A stretch of DNA of 64,000 bases from an uncultured Methanosarcinaceae archaeon (GCA_963727895.1 CAVSHT010000009.1:64001-128000); one strand, 5' to 3'. Positions 1 through 11,825 are shown, numbered from the stretch's first letter. Program-made: numbers and translations. Notes: generated by a model from the sequence alone, not told the origin.

Positions 1-390
1 AAGTTTTATGAAGAGCGCCCCTCACAAACTTTCTGATCTCAAAAAAGTTCAAATTATTTGATGTAATATAAATCTAGTCTGTAGCTTATTACATAGGTTC
101 ATATATGTGAGAGATGAATAAATATATTAATCAGGGGCATTTTTTGTGGGTAAGTCATATAAGATATTTTAGATTAGCTCAGGTTATTTGAGCATGTCCA
201 GAAAGATAAGTTAAAAAATAAGAATATTGAAGTAATTAGTTTGGGGTATAAAAGAAAGATATCTCTTTTAGAATCACATGCGGTGAACTGAAAGTATAGA
301 TACTTTACCGGCAGACTTTTGAAAAAAATGGGTGTCAAAATTGAATAGAAAAGAGAGTATAAGTTAGACTTTTTAAAGGGGAAGAGTACT

Positions 391-699
391 ATGGACAGCG
401 TTGTACCGAGAATATTAAAAACTCCAATACTAGCAATGTACCATGACGATAAACACCAACAGCTCACCATGGAAGTTGAACTTCCAGACGTAGAAAGTGA
501 GAATATAACACTGATAATGCATGAAAATAGCTTTTATCTGAAAGCATTCAGTAAAACTGTAGAGTATCTGGGATCTTTTTTTCTAGATGGTCCCGTAGAT
601 CCTGAAAAAGCAATCGCAGTCAACGAAAACGGAATGCTTACTGTTACAGTTCCTTACAAAGAGTGCTTTACATGTGCAAGATATGTTCCTATTGAGTAA
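391..699 (+). CDS. Hsp20/alpha-crystallin family small heat shock protein
   Basis: 102 aa; VELPDV...A..ENGMLTVTVP resembles the alpha-crystallin signature. Confidence 0.75.
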   Translation: MDSVVPRILKTPILAMYHDDKHQQLTMEVELPDVESENITLIMHENSFYLKAFSKTVEYLGSFFLDGPVDPEKAIAVNENGMLTVTVPYKECFTCARYVPIE

Positions 700-829
700 A
701 AAGAATGAGTGGCTTATCGTAAAATATTCCTGAAAAACTTAATTTTATATCATATTAATCTTTATTATGTCTTTATTAAAATTAATAAAGATAATTTTTA
801 TTAAAATTTATTTTTGTAGAGGAGATCTT

Positions 830-1039
830 ATGAAAATAATAAAATGCAGTGATTTGGGGTTCAAGTGTAACTTTATGGCTGCTGGTAACGAACTGGAAGA
901 AGTTGAAAATGCTATGTTAGATCATATAGAAAAAGAACATAAAGAAGAGCTTCAAAGCATGTCCGAAGACGATATTCACCATCTGAAACATCGAATTTCA
1001 ACCCTTCTGGGAAGAAGTTGCGGTTGTGGAGCTCTATAA
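830..1039 (+). CDS. Small metal-binding protein (DUF1059-like)
   Basis: KCSDLGFKCNF...HIEKEH motif; GAGGAG SD before ATG 830. Confidence 0.75.
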   Translation: MKIIKCSDLGFKCNFMAAGNELEEVENAMLDHIEKEHKEELQSMSEDDIHHLKHRISTLLGRSCGCGAL

Positions 1040-1420
1040 TAAGTATACTATAAAGAATAATCCTTTGAAAAATGAAAGTTTACCCTGACCTTTAGGCAAA
1101 CTTTCTTTACATCTTTTTTAACAATTAAGATTTAATTCAGTGCCTTTACTCAAGGATAATGTCCTGAATTTTTAGGCTAAAAACGAGTAAATAAAGATTA
1201 TCCGAGATAAAATTATTAAATAAACCAATTTTGAATAGATCCGAAATTGAATAAAACGTTAAAAACATTTTGTTATGAGTTCAGAATCCAGATGGAGTAA
1301 TTAAGAAACATGGCAAAGCTGACCCATAGGATATAAGGAAATAGTAGATAAGAAGCTATTTTGGAAATTTTTCTGAATATTAATATTGTTACAAATATAG
1401 AAAGCCAGAGAAAAATAATT

Positions 1421-2099
1421 GGAATTGGTAATTAAAAATAGATATATATGCTTATAACATATATTTCTTCATGAACTGCAAAATGTAATAGTTCCAGTCA
1501 CAATAAGAACGATATAGTTGGTGGGCGTCAACGCTACAAATGCCATGATTGTGGATATAACTATGCCCTTGAAGGATTGGGCTTTCGTTCAATAGGACGA
1601 TTTTTAGGGGTGAGTCATGTTTCTGTCCAAAAATAGATAAAGAAATTTGGTCAGGAGTTAGAGAACCTAAAAAGTGAAAATGAGATATCTATTGTTGAAA
1701 TGGATGAGATGCACACTTACATCGGTAACAAAAAAAAATATTGCTGTATCTGGATTGCTGTTGATAGAGTTGGGAAAAAGTTCATCAACTGCTCTTTTGG
1801 TAGCAGAGGAACGGAAACTGGAAAACTACTCTGGGAAATATTGAAGAAAAAAGAGATTGGAGAAGTGATGACAGATCACTGGAGCGCATATGCAGAGTTT
1901 CTTCCAGAAAAGAGTCATACTCAATCAAAAGCAGAAACATCTACAGTTGAGGGATATAACAGCATATTGAGGCACTTTTTGGCAAGGTTGAGAAGAAAGA
2001 CAAAGTGTTATACGAAGAGTCTTGAAATGCTAAAGTACTCGGTTATTCTATTGATGAAATAAAGAAATAAAGAGTTAACTATGTTTAGATACCAATACC
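1421..2099 (+). mobile_element. IS1-family element, defective (copy 1)
   Basis: Ends GGAATTGGTA / TACCAATACC; InsB-like DEMHTY...TDHW...VEGYNS; about 60 bp internal deletion and stops relative to copy 4. Confidence 0.9.
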
Positions 2100-2223
2100 A
2101 AAATTTATACTAATATCTTTTTTGGGGTTTACTTTTGGAGTATAAAGAAGTCTAAACATCTAAGTTAATCAACCAAAATAGGAATTTTTTTACTTAATTC
2201 TGACTATTTTTTCCCAAAATTGA

Positions 2224-2250
2224 GATACACTTCTTGGAAGGAAGTGTATC
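2224..2250 (-). terminator. Hairpin downstream of glnA
   Basis: GATACACTTC-N7-GAAGTGTATC perfect 10-bp stem. Confidence 0.45.
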
Positions 2251-2316
2251 TTCTTAAGTGAGTTTTTAATTTTACCAAAATCACTTTGGTGTTAAGATTT
2301 AGGTTTCTTTGTGTGC

Positions 2317-3660
2317 TTACAGCATATGTAAGTATTTCTCAAGTTCCCATGGGTGAACGATTGCTTTGTACTCGTTCCATTCCATCTCTTTGGCACAGAG
2401 ATAGTTACTGAATACATGATCTCCAAGAGCTTCTTTTACGAAGGCACTGCCTGCCATTTCATCCATTGCTTCTTTAAGATCAGCAGGAAGGGAACGAATA
2501 CCTCTTTCCTTACGCTCCTCTTGTGTGAGGTGGAAAATATTTGTGTCAGTTGATTCCCCTGGATCAATCTTGTTCTTTATTCCATCCAGACCAGCTCTAA
2601 GCATTATGGCGAAAGCAAGGTATGGGTTACATGACGGATCAGGACATCTAAGTTCCACTCTTGTTCCATTTCCACGGGTTGCAGGAATACGGATCAATGA
2701 ACTCCTATTCTTTGAAGACCATGTGATATAGACCGGAGCCTCATATCCTGGTACAATCCTTTTGTAAGAGTTAACAACAGGATTTGTAACAGCTGTAAAT
2801 TCTCTGATATGCTTTAAAAGACCGCCTATGTAGTACATAGCATCCTGAGATAACTGATTTGGGGTATCTGGGTCATAAAAAGCGTTCTTTCTATCCTTGA
2901 AAAGAGACTGGTTACTGTGCATACCTGAGCCGTTTACGCCGAAAAGAGGTTTTGGCATGAAAGTGGCATAATATCCTTTATGATATGCAATTGATTTTAC
3001 CACATATTTGAAAGTTACAACATTGTCAGCCGTGTTGAGTACATCGCTGAATCTAAAGTCTATTTCATGCTGGGAAGGCGCTACTTCGTGATGGGAAGCC
3101 TCTATCTGGAATCCCATAGATTCAAGGGTATAGTCAATATCTCTGCGTACATCCTGTGCAAGGTCAAGGGGTGCAAAATCAAAGTATCCACCCTGGTCTG
3201 TAAGTTCTGTGGTTGGATTTCCGTTTTCATCCAGTTTGAAGAGGAAAAATTCCAGTTCAGGACCCACATTCATTGAGTAACCCATTTTTTCAGCTTCTGC
3301 GATTGCTCTTTTAAGAACATATCTTGGGTCTCCTTCAAATGGTCGACCATCAGGAAGATATACATCTCCAAGGATCCTGGCTACTGCACCGGTTGAAGGT
3401 CTCCATGGAAGAACTCTAAAAGTAGACGGGTCAAGCACAAGTTTCATGTCAGATTCTTCAATCTTTGTAAAGCCCTGGATTGAAGATCCATCAAACATCA
3501 CTCCATTTTCAAAAGCCTCTTCTAACTGTTCAACAGGTATTGCCCAACTTTTGATGATGCCAAGTGTATCCGTAAACTGGGTACGGATAAACTTTACGTC
3601 TCTCTCATTTACAGCCTCTAACACATCTTCTTTGGTTATACACTTTTTTGTCTGCACCAT
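2317..3660 (-). CDS. glnA: Glutamine synthetase type I
   Basis: FDGSSI, GPELEFF, HHEVAPSQHE, FMPKP, NGSGMH, ELRCPD motifs. Confidence 0.97.
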   Translation of the reverse strand: MVQTKKCITKEDVLEAVNERDVKFIRTQFTDTLGIIKSWAIPVEQLEEAFENGVMFDGSSIQGFTKIEESDMKLVLDPSTFRVLPWRPSTGAVARILGDVYLPDGRPFEGDPRYVLKRAIAEAEKMGYSMNVGPELEFFLFKLDENGNPTTELTDQGGYFDFAPLDLAQDVRRDIDYTLESMGFQIEASHHEVAPSQHEIDFRFSDVLNTADNVVTFKYVVKSIAYHKGYYATFMPKPLFGVNGSGMHSNQSLFKDRKNAFYDPDTPNQLSQDAMYYIGGLLKHIREFTAVTNPVVNSYKRIVPGYEAPVYITWSSKNRSSLIRIPATRGNGTRVELRCPDPSCNPYLAFAIMLRAGLDGIKNKIDPGESTDTNIFHLTQEERKERGIRSLPADLKEAMDEMAGSAFVKEALGDHVFSNYLCAKEMEWNEYKAIVHPWELEKYLHML

Positions 3661-3993
3661 TTCACTTCCACTCTAAATCGACACTAGGTATCTTTTTACC
3701 TATTTGCTAATATATATATCTTTTGTAGATATTACTAAAATAAAAGCTATTTACATATTAAATAAGAATAATTACTTCAAAAATAATTGCATGTCATATA
3801 TTCAATTCGCTGAACATATTTCTAATCTCTTCTATATAAAGTTCATTAAAACTCATTCTATAAGGATTGTTTCTTATCATAATTCGATTTTTTTGTCAAG
3901 TGTATGTCTACAAAATGGTATAAATAACAATTATTTAAAATTTTTTTCAATATAATATTAATAACGATTGAAATACATATAAATTCAGATCTA

Positions 3994-4329
3994 ATGGTTC
4001 AAAGAGTTAATTTCTTCAAATTTCTGGTTTCTGTATTGCTCTGCCTGTTTGCAGGAGCAATAGGTTCGACATTTACAGTATCGTCTCTTGATAATTGGTA
4101 TTTTTTGTTAGAAAAACCAACTTTTACTCCTCCATCATGGGTATTCTTTCCTGCTTGGACTATACTTTCTATACTAATGGGACTCTCATTTTATCTCGTT
4201 TGGGTAAAAGGTACTCATGAAAAATATGTTAAAGTTGGATTGCTTATTTTTGGTATTCAGTTAAGCTTTAATCTTCTATGGTCTTTTTTCTTTTTTAATC
4301 TAAGATCTCCTTACTATGCTTTTATATAA
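3994..4329 (+). pseudogene. tspO: TspO/MBR family membrane protein, C-terminally truncated
   Basis: WY..LEKP.FTPP.WVF..AW and QL..N..WS.FFF motifs; stops at 111 aa next to an IS1 end. Confidence 0.8.
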
Positions 4330-4334
4330 ATTTT

Positions 4335-5012
4335 GGTATTGGTATCTAAACATAGTTAACTCTTTATTTCTTTATTTCATCAATAGAATAACCGAGTACT
4401 TTAGCATTTCAAGACTCTTCGTATAACACTTTGTCTTTCTTCTCAATCTTGCCAGGAAATGCCTCAATATGCTGTTATATCCCTCAACTGTAAATGTTTC
4501 TGCTTTGGATTGAGTATGGATCTTTTCTGGAAGAAACTCTGCATATGCTCTCCAGTGATCTGTCATCACTTCTCCAATCTCTTTTTTCTTCAATATTTCC
4601 CAGAGTAGTTTTCCAGTTTCCGTTCCTCTGCTATCAAAAGAGCAGTTGATGAACTTTTTCCCAACTCTATCAACAGCAATTCAGATCCAGCAATATTTTT
4701 TTTGTTACCAATGTAAGTGTGCATCTCATCCATTTCAACAATAGATATCTCATTTTCACTTTTTAGGTTCTCTAACTCCTGACCAAATTTCTTTATCTAT
4801 TTTTGGACAGAAACATGACTCACCCCTAAAAATCGTCCTATTGAACGAAAGCCCAATCCTTCAAGGGCATAGTTATATCCACAATCATGGCATTTGTAGC
4901 GTTGACGCCCACCAACTATACCGTTCTTATTGTGACTGGAACTATTACATTTTGCAGTTCATGAAGAAATATATGTTATAAGCATATATATCTATTTTTA
5001 ATTACCAATGCC
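4335..5012 (-). mobile_element. IS1-family element, defective (copy 2, inverted twin of copy 1)
   Basis: Near-identical to 1421-2099 with the same deletion; flanked by 8-bp direct repeat TAAATTTT (4327-4334, 5013-5020). Confidence 0.92.
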
Positions 5013-5540
5013 TAAATTTTTTATGAAAACATTGGTTTTCAACAATACTTTTTTTATCAAAGAAAATAACACCTGTTTCAATGAGAAATAAAACTAAAAT
5101 CCTGAAAACTGCAGTATAGTAATTGGTTAATGGGAAATTCAAGATAAAAATGTAGAAGAAAGAAAATAATTAAAAGGTTAAAATATTGTTCTTATCAGAA
5201 TTACTCCAAAAACTGTTAACCTGATAAAAAGAAACATATATATATTGTCAAGCAGGTACTAAATAACTTGCTTCCCTTAGTGGTGACCTTCTTAATGCAT
5301 TTAAAGAAGCAAAAGGGTAGTTGCTGTAATTCATATTAATTAGATATTATTTAAATGAGACAAATTTATTAAAAATTCAGAAATTTTGTGAATCGATATA
5401 AAAATTACCTCTGAGCCCCCTGTATCTCAGTTGGCAAGTTTTTTGAACTAGTTCTCAAAAATGAGCCACGGAAATAATTCAGTAAATTATTAACGCATAT
5501 ATATTACATTCATTCCTATCCGATTTTTAGAGTGATCAAA

Positions 5541-6593
5541 ATGTGTGGAATAATAGGCTTCATAGACCGAAAAAAGTCCAGAATGGACGGGTCGAGCATA
5601 AAAGCTGCCCTCAGCCTCATGAAAGAAAGAGGTAGTGGAGATGGGTCAGGCTATGCTGCATATGGAATTTATCCAAAATATGCAGACTATTATGCTCTTC
5701 ATGTTTTCTTTGACAATTTAAGTGAACCAAAAAAGAAAGTTGATGAAATTCTCAAGCAAAAGGGAGAAATTGTTCACGAAGAAGAGATTCCGACATACCC
5801 TCAGCCTGGCTTAAAAAAAGTGCATATCCCATGGAGATATTTTTTTAAGCCCTCAGAAAGCATGATAGCTGGAAAAATTGCTTCTGAAAAAGATATTATT
5901 ACTTCCATAGTGATGGAAGTAAACGCCAACGTGAAAGGAGCTACAATATTTTCTTCCGGAAAAAACATGGGAGTCTTCAAAGCTTCTGGATGGCCTGAAG
6001 ACGTAGGAAATTTTTACAGAATTGAAGATTACAAGGGCTACATTTGGCTTGCTCACAACCGTTATCCTACAAACTCTCCAGGTTGGTGGGGAGGAGCACA
6101 TCCCTTTAATCTTCTTGACTGGTCAGTAGTACATAACGGAGAAATTACTTCATATGGTACAAACCAGCGTTATGTTGAAGAATACGGATACAAGTGCACT
6201 CTGTTTACTGATACTGAGGTTGTAGCATACTTGTTTGACCTACTTGGAAGACAGCACGAATTATCATACGAAATGATTGTCAAGGCACTTGCACCTCCTT
6301 TCTGGGATGATATAGACAGGATGCCTCCAAAAGAAGAAGAGTTGAATAAAGCAATCCGTCTTACCTACGGGCCTGCCCTCATGAACGGACCCTTCGCAAT
6401 TGTAGTTGGGACAGATGAAGGCATTGTCGGTTTTACTGACAGGATTAAACTGCGCCCTCTAGTAGTTGGTGAAAATGGAGATAGACTCTATATATCAAGT
6501 GAAGAAGCCGCGATAAGAGTCATTGACCCCAAAATTGAAAATATATATACTCCCAGAGCCGGAGAACCAATTATTGGGAGGTTTATTGAATGA
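5541..6593 (+). CDS. Glutamate synthase amidotransferase subunit (GltB1, class II GATase)
   Basis: N-terminal MCGI nucleophile, ERG.GDG.G, HNRYPT, AHPF, HNGEI. Confidence 0.92.
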   Translation: MCGIIGFIDRKKSRMDGSSIKAALSLMKERGSGDGSGYAAYGIYPKYADYYALHVFFDNLSEPKKKVDEILKQKGEIVHEEEIPTYPQPGLKKVHIPWRYFFKPSESMIAGKIASEKDIITSIVMEVNANVKGATIFSSGKNMGVFKASGWPEDVGNFYRIEDYKGYIWLAHNRYPTNSPGWWGGAHPFNLLDWSVVHNGEITSYGTNQRYVEEYGYKCTLFTDTEVVAYLFDLLGRQHELSYEMIVKALAPPFWDDIDRMPPKEEELNKAIRLTYGPALMNGPFAIVVGTDEGIVGFTDRIKLRPLVVGENGDRLYISSEEAAIRVIDPKIENIYTPRAGEPIIGRFIE

Positions 6594-8102
6594 CGCTAGG
6601 AAGTATACCTCCAAAATTCAAGGTCACTATTGACCGTGACCAGTGTATGGACTGCGGGCGCTGTATTGAAAACTGTTCATATGGTGTTTACAGGAGAGAA
6701 GGCGACAAAATCCTGATAGAATCAAGGAAATGTACGGGCTGCCTTCGCTGTGTTGCCATGTGTCCCAGGGACGCAATTACACTTACAGAAAAACCTATAG
6801 ATTACCGCAGCCATCCCCTCTGGACCAGAGAAGTCAGAGAAGATGTTATTAAACAGGCTCGCAGCGGAAAGATTATTCTTTCAGGAATGGGAAACGCAAG
6901 GGACTTGCCTGTTATCTATGACCGTCTTCTCCTTGACGCCTGCCAGGTTACAAATCCGAGTATTGACCCCCTGAGAGAACCAATGGAACTCAGGACTTAC
7001 ATTGGAAAGAAACCATCCAAACTCACATTCAGAAAAACAGAGAGTGGGGATGTAGAACTGGAAACCAAAATCGCTCCAAATCTCAAACTCAATACTCCCA
7101 TAATGATTGGACACATGAGTTTCGGAGCTATCAGTCTTAACTCCCAGCTCAGTATGGCAAAAGCCGTAACAGAACTTGGAACGTATATGGGAACAGGAGA
7201 AGGAGGGCTCCACAAAGCTTTATATCCTTATCAGGACCACATGATTGTTCAGGTTGCATCAGGTCGTTTCGGTGTAAACATTGATTATCTTGAAAGAGGC
7301 GCCGCCATTGAGATCAAAATTGGTCAGGGAGCAAAACCTGGTATAGGTGGGCATCTGCCTGGAGAAAAAGTAAGTGAGGAAGTTTCAAGGACTCGTATGA
7401 TCCCTGTTGGCAGTGATGCAATTAGTCCAGCACCTCACCATGATATTTACAGCATTGAAGACCTTGTTCAGCTCATTAGAAGCCTGAAAGAAGCAACTGA
7501 ATGGAAGAAACCGGTCTTCGTTAAGATTGCAGCCGTGCATAACGTAGCTCCAATTGCTGCTGGTATTGCCCGCTCTTCTGCAGATGCAGTAGTGATTGAT
7601 GGATTCCGCGGCGGAACTGGCGCAGCTCCCAAGGTCTTCAGGGATAATGTGGGAATTCCGATTGAAGTTGCAATCGCAAGCGTTGATCAGAAACTCAGGG
7701 AATAGGGCATAAGAAACGAGATATCGATTATTGCAAGTGGAGGAATAAGGAGTAGTGCAGACCTTGCTAAGTCAATTGCTCTCGGAGCAGATGCCATAAA
7801 TATCGGGACTGCTGCCCTTGTTGCTCTGGGCTGCAGGGTCTGCGGCAATTGCTACAGAAACCTTTGCCCTTGGGGTATTGCTACCCAGCGTCCAGACCTT
7901 GTGAGCAGGCTTGACCCTGAGAGAGGAGCAACTCAGGTTGCAAATCTTATTAAAAGTTGGACTCTGGAATTGAGCGAGCTTATGGGCGCTGCGGGGATTA
8001 ACAGTATAGAAAGCCTGCGCGGCAATAGAGATCGCCTGCGTGGATATATGCTGGATGAAGGAATGCTTGAAATCCTTGATGTATTGCCAGCAGGGAGCCT
8101 GA
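6590..8102 (+). CDS. gltB: Glutamate synthase FMN-binding subunit with N-terminal 2x[4Fe-4S] (GltB2); in-frame TAG at 7703-7705
   Basis: CxxCxxC x2, MSFGA, TGEGG, QVASGRFGV, EIKIGQGAKPG; the frame continues after TAG with IIASGGIR and C..C..C...CPWGIATQ; probable +1 G near 8093 before TGA 8100-8102. Confidence 0.88.
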
Positions 8103-8107
8103 TTGAG

Positions 8108-8852
8108 ATGAAGACGGTAAAAATTGATGCCAGAGGATATGCACTATACCCCTTTAAACCAGAAAATCAGAGCTGCGGTTGCGGATGGGGCAGAAGAAAT
8201 CATACTCGATAATATACTTGGACAACGCTTTATCGGAGATGGGCTAAGAGGCAATGTCCGTATAATAATCAATGGAGTTCCCGGAGGGGATCTGGGAATG
8301 TTCATGAGTGGACCGACTTGTATTATACATGGAAATGCTGAACATGCTCCGGGTAATACGATGGATAGTGGGATGCTCGTGATTCATGGAAGTGCGGGAG
8401 ATGCAGTTGCTCACAGTATGCGCGGAGGAAAAGTCTTTGTAAAGAATAATATTGGCTACCGCGGCGGCATTCACATGAAACAATATGAGGTGGAAGCCAG
8501 ACCTATACTTGTTGTTGGAGGCACAGCCCACTCCTTCCTCGGAGAGTACATGGCAGGTGGCATGGTGCTTGTTCTCGGTATCGGCAAGGATAAAGCCATG
8601 ACAGACAGGGGCATCGGTAGTGGAATTCATGGTGGAGAAATTATCATCCGTGGAGAAGTGGATGATTACCTGCTTGGAATAGGATCTAAGAAATTCAAGT
8701 TTACCGAAAGCGATCTTGAACGCATTGCCCCGATTATAAAGAGTTTCTGCGAGCAGTTCGGATATGATCCTGCAGAGTTTCTGGACACGAACTATACAAA
8801 GATCGGACCTGCAAGCAGCCGGCCGTTCGCAAGCAAATATGTCTGGGAGTGA
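8108..8852 (+). CDS. Glutamate synthase GXGXG beta-helix subunit (GltB3/FwdC-like); +1 frameshift near 8138
   Basis: MKTVKIDARG joins MHYTPLNQ if one T is removed; GQRFIG, GEYMAGG repeats. Confidence 0.85.
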
Positions 8853-8858
8853 TCAGAA

Positions 8859-9894
8859 ATGGCAGAACAGAAACCAATTAGTAAAAGTTACCTTGATCTC
8901 AAATCAAAAGTCTGGGACGAAGGCCTTTGCTCAGGCTGTGGGGCCTGCATTGCAGTCTGCCCTGCTGATGCCCTGTACTTCGAAACAGGCGGTGACTCTA
9001 CATATCCAAAAAGCAACGGCTACTGTAAAGCTGCTGTTGACGATGTTCCCTGTGGAGCCTGTTACGAGGTTTGTCCGAGACTCGAAGAACAGCCCTCAAG
9101 CCTGCTTGGAGACTACCTTGAAATTACTGCTGGAAAAGCCGAGTTTAATATTCCGAGAAAAGCAGAGTGGAGGAGCGGTCACAGCTATTCTTACAAACGC
9201 CCTTGATATAGGCCTTGTAGATGCTGTAGTTACGGTTACGGAAGATCCCTGGACCCTCAAGCCGCACTCAATGGTAATAACCAAGAGTGAAGCCCTTATT
9301 AGACAGGCAGGAAGTCGTTACAACTGGTGGGTTCCTCTTGTTTCTTCTCTCAAAGAAGCGGTTGTAAACAGGAAATACAGGAACATTGCAGTCGTTGGAG
9401 TTCCTTGTGTTGTTCAGGCAGTTCGCAAGATGCTTGAAACCGATCACCAGCTTGTGCATCCATACAAAAAATCCATCCGCTTTGTTTTAGGCCTTTTCTG
9501 TACTGAAAGCTTTGACTACGAAAAACTTATCGCAGGCAAGCTAAAAAGTGAGTACGCTCTCGAACCTATGAATGTCTGCCGCATTGACGTTAAGGGCAAA
9601 CTCGAAATAACCCTTAATGGCGGGAAGCAGTACATCATCCCCCTTACTGAACTTCAGGACACTATCCGTCCAGGCTGTAGCGTCTGTACGGACTTTACTG
9701 CTCTGAAAGCTGATATCTCAGCAGGTTCAGTCGGAAGCCCTGAAGGCTATACTACTCTTATTGTTCGCACTCTTGTAGGACAGCATATTCTTGAAAGCGC
9801 AGTTGCTAATAAGAAACTGAGCGTCGGCGGGGAAGTAAATCTCGATATAATAGAAAAGCTTGCAAAGAAAAAGATGGCAAGAAAAACTCAGTAA
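8859..9894 (+). CDS. FrhB/FdhB-family F420-binding subunit; +1 frameshift near 9157-9160
   Basis: CSGCGAC..VCP in the first frame; QSGGAVT, VGVPC, GLFC.E, C..C.DF..ADIS.GSVG in the second. Confidence 0.88.
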
Positions 9895-9914
9895 TTAACA
9901 ACTAATTTTTAAAT

Positions 9915-9960
9915 GATGGAGTTTTATGCTCCATCTTCAGTTTTATTTCAGTTTTTTTTC
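9915..9960 (+). terminator. Hairpin plus T tracts ending the glt operon
   Basis: GATGGAG-N7-CTCCATC followed by T runs. Confidence 0.5.
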
Positions 9961-9982
9961 AATTCTGTTTTTATCTCATTTA

Positions 9983-11679
9983 TTATTGTACCAAACAACC
10001 TGTTTTGACTAATTCAGCTAACTTTAGCATTGAAGAATCGCAGTTAGTGAGCAACTCCCCAAAGTGTAAACGAAGACCTCCTTTTGGCGGAGTTCCACCA
10101 TGATGCGCAACGATAGCAGAACGAAGTTGCCAAAGTTCATTAAGTGGATTAATTATTGTCTTTATATCTTCTTGAGAAATTGAGATATTTTCTAGTATTT
10201 TCCCTAATTGTTTAATTGAAGCAAGACCTTTATCACGACAACCTTTTGTTTCAGCAAGTTTGTTTATATATGAAGTATTTAAGTCTTTGACAATAATCTG
10301 AGAAAGTGATAGAATTTGATCTTCCCATTCTTTACGTGACTCTGTGACTACATAGCCTAAGGATGTCAAGTCCCGTGTTTCTGAAATATTTGGCATTTCC
10401 CATATAGGGCATGGATTTTTCTGTTCATCATGCTGTGGGAATTGTTTGATAGTTATCTTTAGTGAGCTCAGGGGATCGTAGGATGTATCCCATTGACCTT
10501 CAAAGTATGTCTTAAAAGAACGCTGGGAGATTCCAGCTTTCGGTGACTCATTAAAGGATTTCCAATATAATTGTTCTTTAAATGGGAGATGGCTCAAATC
10601 ACATATGTAAACATGGATTTGTCCTTCTTCATTGATATCATATCGTAATGACCAAGCACCTTTACTCTCAATGCAGCGATCATGTATTTTGTAACGTGAA
10701 GGGTCTTGACGATATTTAGATAGAATATCAGGCTTGAAAAAAGCTGGTGACGTCCCAAAAAGATAATCTGAATCTACAAAATAATTTCCAATTTTCTCTG
10801 GATTAGAAGTCCATTCTTGTTCGATCCCATGTTTCCAGTCCCATATGACAAAACTGGCATATTCACGAAGTTCTTTTTCCTTGAGTTTCAATAGCAGTTC
10901 CTCACGAGGTTTCTTACAACGAATGATTTGGACGCCACGAAGGAAACTTGCCAGAGGTTTGTTAGGATCTCCTCTCAGTGTACGAATTGCATAAATCTCG
11001 TGTTCTTCTTCTATCATCTTTTTTCTAGTTCATTCCCGGATAAACTAAATCCCCAATCTAATGATCTAGATACATCAAATAATCTGACTAAACAGGCATC
11101 AGCTAAGAATAAGTAAAAATCTAGTTCTTCTTCACGGAGTGTACACAAGGTAAGGTTATCTTGTTGAATCCAGTTAGCAATTGGTACGATATCTCCAAAT
11201 TAATTCAGTTTACACCAAGCATGTTTCTCCTCAACCCAATGAATATCAAGAACGTGACTAATAAATTGATTGATTTCAATATACGCTTCGTTACTTTTGT
11301 AACCGTGAAAATCTCTCCGAAAGAACAAGAGCAAGCTATCATCGAGTATTTTTGAACCCACATTTTCAATTGGATTGCAAAGGAATGGAACACACTCATC
11401 ATTTGAAAAGGAATATCCATAACCGTAACCGCTACTTACCATGAGATTCCATTTAAGAAGGTCTTCAATATATTCATCCTTCAGCTTTTCTAATGGAACA
11501 ATTAATGAGTAAATAAAAAAATTTTTTTCGCTGATGTATATGGGAAGTTCATCGTCGATGGTATTGAGCAAGAAGCTTAAGGAATCTTCTTGACTGTGCC
11601 AAATTTTAAGATTTTCCTGTGACGAATCAAGGGGCATTTGTTGCTGTTGTAAATAACTTATCTGATTCTTTAATCTCAT
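9983..11679 (-). pseudogene. Large hypothetical protein (about 560 aa) broken by TAA at 11200-11202 and a frameshift near 11017
   Basis: The frame stays open after the TAA (FGDIVPIANWIQQD...) then shifts into the 344-aa ORF; GGAG SD before ATG 11679. Confidence 0.6.
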
Positions 11680-11825
11680 ATGCTCCACTCCAAGAACTTT
11701 GCAATTTATTTCGTAGCAGCTCTCCTGAAGCCAACATAGGCAACAGCCTATAGGCATCTTTTCAACGTTTATAGGGGAACAGATCAACCAACAAATAGGA
11801 AACTTCTAAAGTTAGTTTTTACCAC

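Noticed and set aside
5414..5480. GCCCCCTGTATCTCAGTTGGCA resembles a tRNA 5' end
   Set aside because: No T-loop (GTTCRA) or complementary acceptor stem follows
3661..5540. NrpR operator (GGAA-N6-TTCC) upstream of glnA or glt
   Set aside because: No convincing match found by eye
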